A DNA stretch of 64,000 nucleotides from Snowella sp. Lineage in GTDB: Bacteria; Cyanobacteriota; Cyanobacteriia; Cyanobacteriales; Microcystaceae. Shown here piece after piece: positions 21,600 to 31,655 of the stretch. Both the position numbers and the translations under genes were made by a program. Below the pieces are notes generated by a model. That model had not been told where the DNA came from. It searched no databases and was given only the letters and a program-made list of their open reading frames with translations. The DNA lies in the NCBI GenBank assembly GCA_035285545.1, contig JAYKGY010000026.1:1-64000 (forward strand), given 5' to 3'. Each line of letters opens with the position of its first letter. The stretch's first letter is position 1.

Positions 21600-22928
21600 A
21601 TGGTCGTTAGTCGAGATAAAACGCCCTCAGCCCAAGAAACCTTTCTACAAATGGCTCAAGCGGCTGGCCTTCGTGGTCGGTTGCTCATTACTATTGGGCT
21701 ATTAATTTTGGTTCGTTTAGGAATTTTTATTCCCATTCCAGGTATTGATCGTCAAGCTTTTACAGCGGCGATCGCCAATAGTCCGGTGTTGGGATTTTTA
21801 GACATCTTTACCGGGGGGGGGATTTCGACCATCGGCATTTTTGCCCTGGGAATTCTCCCTTATATTAATGCCTCTATTATTATGCAGTTGTTAACGGCTG
21901 CGGTTCCGGCTTTAGAAGATTTACAAAAAAATGAAGGGGAAGCGGGCCGTCGTAAAATTTCCCAATATACCCGATATGTTGCGGTCGTTTGGGCTGTTAT
22001 TCAAAGTATCGGCTTAACAGTGGGTTTAATTCGCCCCTATGTGCCTGGCTATGGCCCTGTGTTTATCATTCAAACAACCCTCGCCTTAACCGCTGGCTCT
22101 CTGTTTGTGATGTGGGTTTCTGAACTAATTACGGAGCGCGGCATTGGTAACGGAGCTTCTTTGTTGATTTTTGTCAATATTGTGGCAACTTTGCCTAAAA
22201 CCTTGGGAAATACCATTGATTATGCCCAAACCGGAGGACGGGAAGCGATCGCTCAGGTCGTGATTCTCTTACTAGTCTTCCTCGTCATGATCGTCAGTAT
22301 TGTCTTTGTTCAGGAAGGAACCCGACGCATTCCCATTATTTCTGCCCGTCGCCAAGTCGGTAAGCGGCTTTATCGCGAAAGAACCAGCTATTTACCGTTA
22401 CGGTTGAATCAAGGTGGGGTAATGCCTATTATTTTTGCTTCAGCGGTGCTGATTTTGCCTTCATCTTTAGCAGGCTTTTTGAATAATAATAGCGATCTCA
22501 GTGCCGTCGGTCAGTTTTTTATTCAAGTTACCAACGCCTTACAACCCGGAACTTGGGTTTATACCATTGTTTATTCGGTATTAATCTTCTTTTTCAGTTA
22601 CTTCTATGCGTCTTTGATTGTTAATCCTGAAGATGTTTCCAAAAATCTGAAGAAAATGGGATCGAGTATTCCTGGCATTCGCCCCGGTAAGAAGACAGAG
22701 GAATATCTTGAAGGGGTTCTCAATCGGCTGACGTTTTTAGGTGCTATTTTCTTGAGTGCAGTGGCGATCGTTCCGACCTTTGTTGAACAGGCTACCGGCG
22801 TAACCACTTTTCGCGGCTTAGGCGCAACTTCCTTACTGATTCTGGTCGGGGTTGCCATTGATACGGCTAAGCAAATTCAAACCTACGTCATCTCTCAACG
22901 CTACGAGGGCATGATTAAGCAGGATTAG
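21600..22928 (+). CDS. secY: Preprotein translocase subunit SecY
   Basis: IFALGILPYINASIIMQLL, GIGNGASLLIF, LNQGGVMPIIFAS, IPGIRPG, GATSLLILVGVAID. Confidence 0.98.
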   Translation: MVVSRDKTPSAQETFLQMAQAAGLRGRLLITIGLLILVRLGIFIPIPGIDRQAFTAAIANSPVLGFLDIFTGGGISTIGIFALGILPYINASIIMQLLTAAVPALEDLQKNEGEAGRRKISQYTRYVAVVWAVIQSIGLTVGLIRPYVPGYGPVFIIQTTLALTAGSLFVMWVSELITERGIGNGASLLIFVNIVATLPKTLGNTIDYAQTGGREAIAQVVILLLVFLVMIVSIVFVQEGTRRIPIISARRQVGKRLYRERTSYLPLRLNQGGVMPIIFASAVLILPSSLAGFLNNNSDLSAVGQFFIQVTNALQPGTWVYTIVYSVLIFFFSYFYASLIVNPEDVSKNLKKMGSSIPGIRPGKKTEEYLEGVLNRLTFLGAIFLSAVAIVPTFVEQATGVTTFRGLGATSLLILVGVAIDTAKQIQTYVISQRYEGMIKQD

Positions 22929-22950
22929 GATTCGCTTTATTGATTTGGAG

Positions 22951-22987
22951 CGATAGAGGCGTTGCTATCAGCGTCTCTATTGTTTTT
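22951..22987 (+). terminator. Putative intrinsic terminator after secY
   Basis: Stem cgatagaggcgttg / cagcgtctctattg (with G-U pairs) followed by a T-run. Confidence 0.5.
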
Positions 22988-23042
22988 AAACCCATTTTCC
23001 CTCTAGAAAACTTTTAAACTTATCTGTTTAGGATTGATCACG

Positions 23043-23600
23043 ATGCAAAAAGGAATTATTTTTTTAGGCCCCCCTGGCTCTGGTAAAGGCACTCAAGGAC
23101 AAATTCTCGCTCAAAATCTCAAGGTTCCCCATATTGCTACCGGAGACATTCTACGCCAAGCGATCGCGGACAAAACGCCCCTTGGAGAACAAGCCCAATC
23201 CTACATGGACAAGGGAGAATTAGTCCCTGATTTTTTAATTTTAGATTTAATTCAAGAAAGATTAGGACAGCCCGATACCGAGAATGGCTGGATTTTAGAT
23301 GGATTTCCCCGCAACGTTCCTCAAGCAGAATTTTTAGACCAACTGCTCGTTAAAATCAATCAGCGTGCCAAGTGGGTCATTTATTTAAATGTCCCCGACG
23401 ATATTATTGTCCGACGCTTATTATTACGGGGCAGAAGTGATGATACGGAAGACACGATTCGTCATCGCCTTGTGGTTTATCAAGAACAAACCGCGCCCCT
23501 CGTTGCCTACTATCAAGAGCAAGGAAAGCTCTATTCCATCAACGGCGATCAAGAGCCTGAATTAGTGAGCACTATCCTCAACAATTTAGTCGCGTCCTAA
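23043..23600 (+). CDS. adk: Adenylate kinase (short LID)
   Basis: GPPGSGKGTQ, TGDILR, GELVPD, WILDGFPR, RGRSDD. Confidence 0.96.
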   Translation: MQKGIIFLGPPGSGKGTQGQILAQNLKVPHIATGDILRQAIADKTPLGEQAQSYMDKGELVPDFLILDLIQERLGQPDTENGWILDGFPRNVPQAEFLDQLLVKINQRAKWVIYLNVPDDIIVRRLLLRGRSDDTEDTIRHRLVVYQEQTAPLVAYYQEQGKLYSINGDQEPELVSTILNNLVAS

Positions 23601-23709
23601 TCTTCAATCTAGAGAGGAGAATAATTTAGAAAGCCCTTTAAAAATTTCTTTCCTCTCTATAATGGAATCAAGTTTTCTCAATCAGAACGGTTAATTGGGG
23701 GGAAAATCA

Positions 23710-24159
23710 ATGGTGATCACAACAACTTCATCCATTACAGACATCATTCCCTACAGTTTGTTGAAAGGCGGTAAAAAACCAACTTTTGGCAATCATTCAG
23801 TAGAAAAGTTTTTATTATCTGCTACTAAGACATTACAACAGGCTCGCCCAGACAATATTTCTTTAGTGATTGCGATTGCCCCTGGACAAAAAATTGTCAA
23901 TGAAGCTTGGAAGCGTCCCCATAAACCTGTTTCGATAACCTTTTACGCCTTTTTTGAGAAAAAAAATACTTACAATACTTTTTCAGTCATTGAAACACTG
24001 TCAAAAATTCTTGTCTCTAGTTATCGCCAAACCAAAATTCTTGCACTTATTGATCCTTTACCAACCCAAGTACCCCCAGATTTTCATCTTTTTTCTGGAG
24101 AAATTAAGGCTAAACTAATTAGTTCTGGTTGTCTTCTGTATTCAGCTTATGGTCGGTAG
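23710..24159 (+). CDS. Hypothetical protein, possibly a degenerate minimal nucleotidyltransferase (MNT) partner of the HEPN gene
   Basis: Preceded by TATAAT (23658-23663) and ends 2 nt before the HEPN ATG. C-terminal SGCLLY resembles the MNT G-x-x-L-Y tail, but no GS..DxD motif is present. Confidence 0.5.
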   Translation: MVITTTSSITDIIPYSLLKGGKKPTFGNHSVEKFLLSATKTLQQARPDNISLVIAIAPGQKIVNEAWKRPHKPVSITFYAFFEKKNTYNTFSVIETLSKILVSSYRQTKILALIDPLPTQVPPDFHLFSGEIKAKLISSGCLLYSAYGR

Positions 24160-24161
24160 GA

Positions 24162-24566
24162 ATGAAAGAGCAATATCAGCGAATAGCTGAAAGAACTTTA
24201 ATGGCAGCGAGAGTCATGCTAGATTCCCAAATCTATGAGATGGCGGCCTTCTGTTGTTATCACGCCTATGAGTCCGTTGCCTCCGCTTTAGCTGCCTCCC
24301 AATCCCAAAGATATGGACAAAAAGTAAAGCATCAAGAAAAACTTAAAATTTTCCTAAATTGTGCTGAAATTATCGGCAATGACGCAATTACAGACAAGAT
24401 AGCTCAATTAAACCTTGAAGTTGGTTCTTTAAGAAATAAATTGCTTTATCCCACAGAAATAGAGGGAAGAATTGAGACCCCTGAAGAAGTATTCACACCA
24501 CAAGCAGTCCAAGAATTTTGGGATGACGTTCAAGAAATTGTAAATTGGGTAGGACAACAAATTTAA
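24162..24566 (+). CDS. HEPN domain-containing protein
   Basis: AERTLMAARVML...YEMAAFCCYHAYESVASAL...KVKHQ...LRNKLLYP...FTPQAVQEFWDDVQEIVNWV fits the helical HEPN pattern. Confidence 0.75.
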   Translation: MKEQYQRIAERTLMAARVMLDSQIYEMAAFCCYHAYESVASALAASQSQRYGQKVKHQEKLKIFLNCAEIIGNDAITDKIAQLNLEVGSLRNKLLYPTEIEGRIETPEEVFTPQAVQEFWDDVQEIVNWVGQQI

Positions 24567-24687
24567 AATTCACAACTCTCGTAAGATGTAAGATCTTTGC
24601 AAATTCTGTTACCATAACAAAGGGCGGTTAAGAAAAGCCGCTTCTTTTTGCTGTGTCTTTGAACATTTAGTAGGAGGTCAATAACGC

Positions 24688-24915
24688 TTGTCAAAGCAAG
24701 ACTTAATTGAAATGGAAGGAACCGTTACGGAATCCCTTCCTAATGCAATGTTTCGTGTGGATCTAGATAATGGCTTTAACGTTTTAGCCCATATTTCTGG
24801 CAAAATTCGGCGGAATTATATCAAAATTCTGCCCGGTGATCGCGTCAAAGTAGAGCTTACCCCCTACGACTTGACCAAAGGTCGCATCACTTACCGTCTT
24901 AAAAATAAAAAATAA
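24688..24915 (+). CDS. infA: Translation initiation factor IF-1
   Basis: [34 protein letters not shown] start after AGGAGG. Confidence 0.98.
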   Translation: MSKQDLIEMEGTVTESLPNAMFRVDLDNGFNVLAHISGKIRRNYIKILPGDRVKVELTPYDLTKGRITYRLKNKK

Positions 24916-24992
24916 CCCTCGGCAGTTAACCACTTATTACAAACAGTTATTAAAGCTTTAGCAAAAAATATGCTAATAGTACCCCAAAATAT

Positions 24993-25001
24993 TGCTATAA
25001 T
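24993..25001 (+). promoter_or_regulatory. Extended -10 element upstream of rpmJ
   Basis: TGCTATAAT, 32 nt before the rpmJ ATG. Confidence 0.5.
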
Positions 25002-25033
25002 AATAAGCTTGCAGTACTGCCCCGAAAATAGGC

Positions 25034-25147
25034 ATGAAAGTTAGAGCATCCGTCAAAAAAATGTGTGAAAAGTGTCGCGTCATCCGTCGGCGCGGTCGAG
25101 TAATGGTGATCTGTTCCAACCCCAAGCATAAGCAACGTCAGGGTTAG
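25034..25147 (+). CDS. rpmJ: 50S ribosomal protein L36 (not in the ORF track)
   Basis: Manual translation: [37 protein letters not shown]. Confidence 0.98.
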   Translation: MKVRASVKKMCEKCRVIRRRGRVMVICSNPKHKQRQG

Positions 25148-25220
25148 AAGCAATTCTATTATTCATGAAACAATCATAAATTCAGAACCACCAACCAAAT
25201 TATTTAAAGGGAGAAACAAC

Positions 25221-25604
25221 GTGGCGAGGATAGCTGGTGTTGACCTGCCCAGAGATAAACGTGTGGAAATCGCATTAACCTATCTCTATGGTATCGGTCT
25301 ATCACGATCTCAAAAAATCTTAGCAGAAACAGGAGTCAGTCCTGATAAGCGAGTTAAGGAATTAACCGACGAAGAAGCGGCATCTTTACGAACCTATATC
25401 GATGACAACTACGAAATTGAAGGGGATTTGCGCCGTTGGGAAGCAATGAACATCAAGCGGTTAATCGATATTGGAACCTACCGAGGTCGTCGTCACCGTC
25501 AGGGATTACCTGTACGCGGTCAACGGACTCGAACCAATGCTCGTACCCGTCGGGGTCGTCGAGTTACCGTTGCAGGTAAGAAAAAAGCCCCCTCCAAGAA
25601 ATAA
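25221..25604 (+). CDS. rpsM: 30S ribosomal protein S13
   Basis: [26 protein letters not shown]. Confidence 0.98.
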   Translation: MARIAGVDLPRDKRVEIALTYLYGIGLSRSQKILAETGVSPDKRVKELTDEEAASLRTYIDDNYEIEGDLRRWEAMNIKRLIDIGTYRGRRHRQGLPVRGQRTRTNARTRRGRRVTVAGKKKAPSKK

Positions 25605-25652
25605 TCTTGTTTTTACTGAACTTAAGTCAAACACAACGTTTCATCAAAAGTT

Positions 25653-26045
25653 ATGGCGCGACCAGTTAAAAAAAGCGGCCCCAAGAAACAGAAAAAAAAT
25701 GTTCCTAGCGGTGTCGCTCACATTCAATCTACCTTCAATAACACCATTGTTACCATCTCCGATACCAAAGGAGAGGTGATTTCTTGGGCATCTGCGGGTT
25801 CCAGCGGCTTTAAAGGCGCGAAAAAAGGAACTCCCTTTGCAGCCCAAACCGCAGCCGATAATGCGGGCCGTCGTGCAATGGAACAAGGCATGAGACAGTT
25901 AGAAGTTCTCGTTACTGGCCCTGGGGCAGGACGGGAAACGGCAATTCGTGCTCTCCAAGGCGCAGGATTAGAAATCACCCTAATTCGTGATGTCACTCCC
26001 ATCCCCCATAATGGCTGTCGTCCTCCAAAACGACGGAGAGTCTAG
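25653..26045 (+). CDS. rpsK: 30S ribosomal protein S11
   Basis: [40 protein letters not shown]. Confidence 0.98.
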   Translation: MARPVKKSGPKKQKKNVPSGVAHIQSTFNNTIVTISDTKGEVISWASAGSSGFKGAKKGTPFAAQTAADNAGRRAMEQGMRQLEVLVTGPGAGRETAIRALQGAGLEITLIRDVTPIPHNGCRPPKRRRV

Positions 26046-26164
26046 TGGCATCAGCCATTAGGGTTTAATGATATTTGTTGCAGCATTGTTGTTCATTCAA
26101 ACAATAACTATGCAACTTGGTAGCAAAATGGGTATGGACGGTACAGAGAAGGGAGGTCACCGAC

Positions 26165-27107
26165 GTGGCGCAATTTCAAATTGAGTGTGTTGAGTCTAAA
26201 ACTCAAAAAAATCAAAGTCAATATAGTAAATTTGTTCTAGAACCACTGGATCGAGGACAAGGCATAACGGTTGGTAATGCGCTCAGAAGGGTCATGCTGT
26301 CTAATTTGGAAGGGGCAGCCGTGACTGCTATTCGCATAGCCGGGGTTAATCACGAATTTGCCACGATTCCAGGGGTTCGCGAGGATGTACTAGAAATCAT
26401 GCTTAACATGAAAGAAATCATCCTCAAAAGCTATAGTGACCAACCCCAGATTGGCCGTTTGGTTGCTATTGGCCCTGCTACCGTGACGGCTGCTCAATTT
26501 GATGTGCCCTCGGAAATCGAAGTGATTGATCCAAACCAGTATGTCGCCACTTTAGCAGAAGGGGCCAAGCTGGAAATGGAATTTCGGGTTGAAAAGGGTT
26601 CCGGTTATCGAGCAATTGAGCGGAGCAAGGATGATTCGTCTTCCTTAGATTTTTTACAAATCGATTCTGTTTTTATGCCGGTTACGAAGGTGAATTACGG
26701 AGTCGAAGATATTCGTCCTGATGGCGCGCTAGTGAAAGACCGTTTAACCTTAGAGGTCTGGACAAATGGCAGTATTAATCCGAAAGAGGCGTTATCTGAA
26801 GCGTCTGAGATTATTGCAGGTCTGTTTAGTCCACTCCAAGATTTAAATGAGCTGGAAACTAGCCAAACCGATTATCAAGATGAAATTAATCCTGAAAGCC
26901 AGATTCCTATCGAAGAATTACAGCTTTCAGTCCGTGCCTATAACTGCTTAAAACGGGCACAAATTAATTCCGTTGCGGATTTGCTGGATTATAGCCAAGA
27001 AGATCTTTTGGAAATCAAAAACTTTGGGCAAAAATCAGCAGAAGAGGTCATCGAAGCCCTGCAAAAACGATTAGGGATTACGCTGCCCCAAGAAAAAGCA
27101 AAACCCT

Positions 27108-27109
<2 letters not shown>
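26165..27109 (+). CDS. rpoA: RNA polymerase alpha subunit
   Basis: EPLDRGQGITVGNALRR, HEFATIPGVREDV, LSVRAYNCLKRA, IKNFGQKSAEEV; GTG at 26165 after GGAGG. Confidence 0.98.
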
Positions 27110-27214
<105 letters not shown>

Positions 27215-27238
27215 CAATTAAGTTTGGAGGAATTAACA

Positions 27239-27589
27239 ATGCGTCATCGGTGTCGCGTGCCCCAACTCGGTAAACCAGCCGATCAACGAAAAGCCTTACT
27301 GCGATCGCTGGCTACTGCGTTATTACAAAACGGGCAAATCAAAACCACTCAAGCTAGAGCAAAAGCTGTTCGGAGTGAAGTAGATCGGATGATCACCTTA
27401 GCCAAAGATGGATCTTTAGCGGCTAGACGGCAAGCTTTGGGTTACATCTATAATAAAAAGCTTGTTCATCAACTGTTTGCGGAGGCTCCAGATCGGTACA
27501 AAGACCGCAATGGGGGCTATACCCGTGTCGTAAGAACCCTGCGTCGTCGGGGTGATAACGCCGAAATGGCCATTATCGAATTAGTCTAG
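27239..27589 (+). CDS. rplQ: 50S ribosomal protein L17
   Basis: [35 protein letters not shown]. Confidence 0.98.
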   Translation: MRHRCRVPQLGKPADQRKALLRSLATALLQNGQIKTTQARAKAVRSEVDRMITLAKDGSLAARRQALGYIYNKKLVHQLFAEAPDRYKDRNGGYTRVVRTLRRRGDNAEMAIIELV

Positions 27590-27597
27590 GGTCATTT

Positions 27598-28437
27598 GTG
27601 GAACAGTCGCCAACATTGGAAAAAAAACGGGTTGCACTAGTGATTCAATATCTGGGAACCCATTTTCATGGTTGGCAACGGCAAGCCCACTATCGGACGG
27701 TTCAAGAGGAGATTGAAACGGCGATCGCCGATATTCTTCATCATCCGGTTACCTTACATGGCGCAGGACGAACCGACAGCGGCGTTCATGCAGCGGCACA
27801 AGTTGCTCATTTTGAACACAGTAGTGCGATTCCGAGTGAGCGTTGGGCGCAGGTGCTGAATTCCCGTTTACCTGACGACATTTTAATTCGTGGCTCTGCT
27901 GAGGTTCCTCAACATTGGCACGCTCGTTTCTCGGCCCTCTGGCGTAGATATCGCTATACGATTTATACTAATAAACGGCCTAATTTATTTATTAACCCGT
28001 TTAGTTGGCATTACTATTATGCTCCCCTAGAGGAATCCCTCATCCAAGCGGCGTTAAACCCATTAATTGGTAAACACCATTTAGCCGCCTTTCATCGAGC
28101 GGGGTCAGGTCGATCCCATTCCTGGGTAGAGGTACAAGCCGCAGAATGCTATCGGCGAGGGGCATTTCTTCATGTGGAGATTCAAGCTAATGGCTTTTTG
28201 TATGGAATGGTACGGCTATTAGTCGGGATGTTAGTCGAAGTCGGAAGTGGGCAGCGTTCCCTCGAAAACTTTACTGATATCTGGGTTAATCAGCGTCGAG
28301 AAGCCGTAAAATATGCAGCCCCCGCCAAAGGTCTTTGTTTCTTACGGGTCGGCTATCCAGATTTTCCGTTTCCTGACTCGCTGTGGTTTGATACCCAACC
28401 GCTATTTGAATTACCAGATCCGTCGAATGACGATTAA
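27598..28437 (+). CDS. truA: tRNA pseudouridine(38-40) synthase
   Basis: YLGTHFHGWQRQ, GAGRTDSGVHA, HARFSA, GFLYGMVR. Confidence 0.97.
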   Translation: MEQSPTLEKKRVALVIQYLGTHFHGWQRQAHYRTVQEEIETAIADILHHPVTLHGAGRTDSGVHAAAQVAHFEHSSAIPSERWAQVLNSRLPDDILIRGSAEVPQHWHARFSALWRRYRYTIYTNKRPNLFINPFSWHYYYAPLEESLIQAALNPLIGKHHLAAFHRAGSGRSHSWVEVQAAECYRRGAFLHVEIQANGFLYGMVRLLVGMLVEVGSGQRSLENFTDIWVNQRREAVKYAAPAKGLCFLRVGYPDFPFPDSLWFDTQPLFELPDPSNDD

Positions 28438-28500
28438 CCATAATTCTTTATTTGAGCAGATAGGCCAACGTCTAAAATTTAAACTCCCCAATGTACTGTT

Positions 28501-28947
28501 ATGAACAAAACCATTCTTCCTACCGCAGAAACCCTTGACCAGAAATGGTATGTGATCGATGCGGCCGATCAACGCTTAGGTCGCCTGGCGACTGAAGTTG
28601 CTACCATTTTACGTGGTAAAAACAAACCGACCTTTACGCCTCACTTGGATACGGGGGACTTTGTAATTGTCGTTAACGCTGACAAAGTTACCGTTACGGG
28701 CAAAAAACGGGAACAAAAGCTCTACCGTCGCCATTCCGGTAGACCCGGTGGGATGAAGGTGGAAACCTTTGATAAGCTTCAAGCTCGCCTTCCTGAAAGA
28801 ATTGTGGAAAAAGCCGTCAAAGGGATGTTGCCCAAAAATACCCTGGGTAGACAATTATTTACCAAATTAAAAGTTTATGCGGGCCCCAACCATCCCCATG
28901 CGGCTCAACAGCCTGAAGTCTTAACCCTGAATACCGGAGGAAACTAA
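28501..28947 (+). CDS. rplM: 50S ribosomal protein L13
   Basis: [36 protein letters not shown]. Confidence 0.98.
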   Translation: MNKTILPTAETLDQKWYVIDAADQRLGRLATEVATILRGKNKPTFTPHLDTGDFVIVVNADKVTVTGKKREQKLYRRHSGRPGGMKVETFDKLQARLPERIVEKAVKGMLPKNTLGRQLFTKLKVYAGPNHPHAAQQPEVLTLNTGGN

Positions 28948-29354
28948 TGCAAGCTACCGATAAGAAAGTTGTTTACTGGGGAACAGGTCGTCGTAAAGCA
29001 GCGATCGCCCGTGTCCGTCTAGTTCCTGGAACAGGGGAAGTCATTGTCAACGGAAAAGAAGGCAGTGAATACTTTAACAAAATTGCCAACTATACCCAAA
29101 GCGTCAAAGCTCCCTTAGAAACCTTGGGTCTAGAAAACGAATACAACATCCTCGTTAACGCTCATGGCGGTGGTTTAACTGGCCAAGCCGATGCGGTTAA
29201 ATTAGGGGTTGCCCGCGCCCTTTGCCAATTATCCCCAGAAAATCGTCAACCCTTAAAAGTTGAAGGTTACTTAACCCGTGATCCCCGTGCCAAAGAACGG
29301 AAGAAATACGGTTTACACAAAGCCCGTAAAGCTCCCCAATACTCGAAACGATAG
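28947..29354 (+). CDS. rpsI: 30S ribosomal protein S9
   Basis: [31 protein letters not shown]. Confidence 0.98.
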   Translation: MQATDKKVVYWGTGRRKAAIARVRLVPGTGEVIVNGKEGSEYFNKIANYTQSVKAPLETLGLENEYNILVNAHGGGLTGQADAVKLGVARALCQLSPENRQPLKVEGYLTRDPRAKERKKYGLHKARKAPQYSKR

Positions 29355-29367
29355 AGGACAACTAAAG

Positions 29368-29601
29368 ATGCCGAAAGCTGAAATTCATCCGACCTGGTAT
29401 CCTGATGCCAAAGTTTACTGTAATGGCGAAGTGGTCATGACCGTAGGTTCTACCCAACCTGAAATTCATGTTGAAATTTGGTCAGGCAATCACCCCTTTT
29501 ATACCGGAACCCAAAAAATTATTGACACCGAAGGGCGAGTTGATCGCTTCATGCGGAAATACAAACAACTGGATAAAAACGCAGATAAAGCGAAAAAATA
29601 A
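29368..29601 (+). CDS. rpmE: 50S ribosomal protein L31
   Basis: [28 protein letters not shown]. Confidence 0.97.
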   Translation: MPKAEIHPTWYPDAKVYCNGEVVMTVGSTQPEIHVEIWSGNHPFYTGTQKIIDTEGRVDRFMRKYKQLDKNADKAKK

Positions 29602-29634
29602 TCATCTTGCTGATATGTTAGCAAAAATATTGGG

Positions 29635-29659
29635 CCCAGTAGCAATACTGGGTTTTATT
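29635..29659 (+). terminator. Intrinsic terminator at the end of the ribosomal superoperon
   Basis: CCCAGTA-GCAA-TACTGGG followed by TTTTATT. Confidence 0.7.
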
Positions 29660-29683
29660 GTGGAGTCAATTCAGCCTTAAAAA

Positions 29684-30025
29684 CTAAGCGATTTCAAGCT
29701 GTAAACTGGGCATTAGTCGCTGTAAATTACGCAGAGATTTAGTTTGCCAGAGAATGGCACTAGAACCTTGTAGCGTAAGTTGAATATTTCCTTTTTCTCG
29801 TATTTTCAGGACAATCATTGAAAGCATACTAATGCCCGAACTATTGAGAAACTCTAAGGACTGTAAATTAAGGGTTAATGTAGACGCTTGATCAATAATT
29901 GGTAGCATTAAATCCATAATGGGTTGATATTCTTTCATGCCTTCTAAACGCAGGATTCCCTTCCAAAAAACAGTATTAGAGGCTGAGTCGTACCAAATTT
30001 GATAATCGTCTGTTTTAATTTCCAT
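29684..30025 (-). CDS. STAS-like anti-anti-sigma / SiaC-like regulator (Slr1659-like)
   Basis: GILRL...LTLNLQSLEFLNSSGISMLS...WQTKSLRNLQRL; STAS phospho-serine-type motif FLNSSG. Confidence 0.75.
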   Translation of the reverse strand: MEIKTDDYQIWYDSASNTVFWKGILRLEGMKEYQPIMDLMLPIIDQASTLTLNLQSLEFLNSSGISMLSMIVLKIREKGNIQLTLQGSSAILWQTKSLRNLQRLMPSLQLEIA

Positions 30026-30114
30026 TTCATCTGATTTCCTAATTCAATGAGACAATAAAAGTCTAAAAAATGACATTAAATTGTTGAAAAATTGTCGAAA
30101 ATTTTGCTGTTCGT

Positions 30115-30717
30115 TTAAACCGCTATCCGGGCCATAACAGAAACTTTGACGCAAGAATGTATTGTTTCTTTATGGGAATTAATGGGGGTAAATCTCCAGC
30201 CCAAATGGGTTTCATAATCATTTAAAATTGTTAATAGTCCCATATTTGAGCTATCTCCACCCATCGCATTTTTTTCTAATTGCTCTAGATATAACGAAGC
30301 CAGATCCGCTTTGAGTAAAGTTTCGATAAATTGTTGATATTGTTCTGCTGTTGAGGGATGGGTGGGATTAGTAACTTCAAAAATAATCGAATCTTCGTAT
30401 AAATAGAGGGTAATACTTGCTGGTAGTCCGATAGAAGTATCACTGAATTTAATCGCATTTTCTAATAGTTCATTGGCAATATAACTAATGCTTGCTTTTA
30501 CCGCATCCCGCCGATTGATGGGACTACTATCTAATTGATCTCCAGGAAAAAATGCTGCAAAATAATCTCCTAAAAAATCTGCTGAGAGTCCATAATTACG
30601 CCAACGATTAATGCGAGGAGTGGGATTAAGGGAAAAGTTCAGGGTTAGAAATTCGTGGCTAGGGGGAATCGGATCAAGAAATTGCCCAAAACATCTTTCA
30701 ACTAAAACATCAGACAT
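30115..30717 (-). CDS. HATPase-fold regulator / putative Ser-Thr kinase (Slr1658-like, SiaB-like)
   Basis: WRNYGLSADFLGDYF; N-box-like SYIANELLENAIKF; G-box-like SSNMGLLTILNDY. Confidence 0.7.
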   Translation of the reverse strand: MSDVLVERCFGQFLDPIPPSHEFLTLNFSLNPTPRINRWRNYGLSADFLGDYFAAFFPGDQLDSSPINRRDAVKASISYIANELLENAIKFSDTSIGLPASITLYLYEDSIIFEVTNPTHPSTAEQYQQFIETLLKADLASLYLEQLEKNAMGGDSSNMGLLTILNDYETHLGWRFTPINSHKETIHSCVKVSVMARIAV

Positions 30718-30746
30718 AAAAAATTATGCGGTATTTTTTCTTTTAG

Positions 30747-31583
30747 TCAGTATAAAGGAATCAGGTCATAAGCTATGCGGTTTTTGCCTTGTCGTTTTGC
30801 CTGATATAGATGGCGATCAGCAACTTCGATGAGTTGTAAGGGCGATTGATCCGCATTTGGAATGGTGGCTGCAATGCCAAAACTCATGGTGACGTAGGGA
30901 TGAATCTCGGATGCGTGATGGGGAATGGCTAAGTGTTCTAAGGTGGCTTTCATTCGTTCTGCAATGTGATTCGCTCTACGAATATCGGTATAGGGCAGAA
31001 TCGCCGCAAATTCTTCGCCGCCAAATCGGGTAAAGAGATCATAGGGAGACCGAAACGTTGAGCTAAGGGCTTGGGCTGTTCTTCTTAAACAGTCATCCCC
31101 TGCTAAATGGCCATAAAAATCATTAAATTCTTTAAAATAATCAACATCGCAGATAATTAAGGCTAAATATTCTTGCTTATGGGCTAAATCCTCCCATTGC
31201 TCGGCTAGGTATTGATCAAAATGACGGCGGTTAGAAATTTGTGTCAAGCCATCTAGGTTAACGAGGGCATTGGTTTCGTAGAGTTTTTGTCGCCATTGGG
31301 CATCGACAACATCCCCGTGTTGCATGATGGTTTCGACAATAATTTCTAGATCTTCTTTTTGTCGAGAGATGAGACTGAGGATACTTTGGAGTTTAGCTTC
31401 TGCCCGTTGCCGTTCTGCGATTTCTGCTTTTAATTTGACGTTGGTATCATTCAATAGCGATTCAATCATGTCCCCATGTTCGGCGATCGTCGTCAAGGCA
31501 ATGAGCAGGTCATCGTTTTGTTGCTTCAAAGAGGCATTCTCTTGTTCTAATTGAGTAATTCGGTGTGAGTCGTGGTTTTCCAT
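30747..31583 (-). CDS. Diguanylate cyclase with an N-terminal coiled coil
   Basis: DGLTQISNRR, DVDYFKEFNDFYGHLAGDDCL, RFGGEEF, LYQAKRQGKNR. Confidence 0.92.
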   Translation of the reverse strand: MENHDSHRITQLEQENASLKQQNDDLLIALTTIAEHGDMIESLLNDTNVKLKAEIAERQRAEAKLQSILSLISRQKEDLEIIVETIMQHGDVVDAQWRQKLYETNALVNLDGLTQISNRRHFDQYLAEQWEDLAHKQEYLALIICDVDYFKEFNDFYGHLAGDDCLRRTAQALSSTFRSPYDLFTRFGGEEFAAILPYTDIRRANHIAERMKATLEHLAIPHHASEIHPYVTMSFGIAATIPNADQSPLQLIEVADRHLYQAKRQGKNRIAYDLIPLY

Positions 31584-31655
31584 TGGGAAAAAAATTTGAG
31601 AAAGATTAAGAAAAATTAAGATTAAACAGCCTGAAAATAGAACGAATGGTTGAAT

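Noticed and set aside
29368..29601. L31 lacking the four-Cys zinc ribbon
   Set aside because: Usual for cyanobacterial L31; not evidence of a zinc-starvation paralog.
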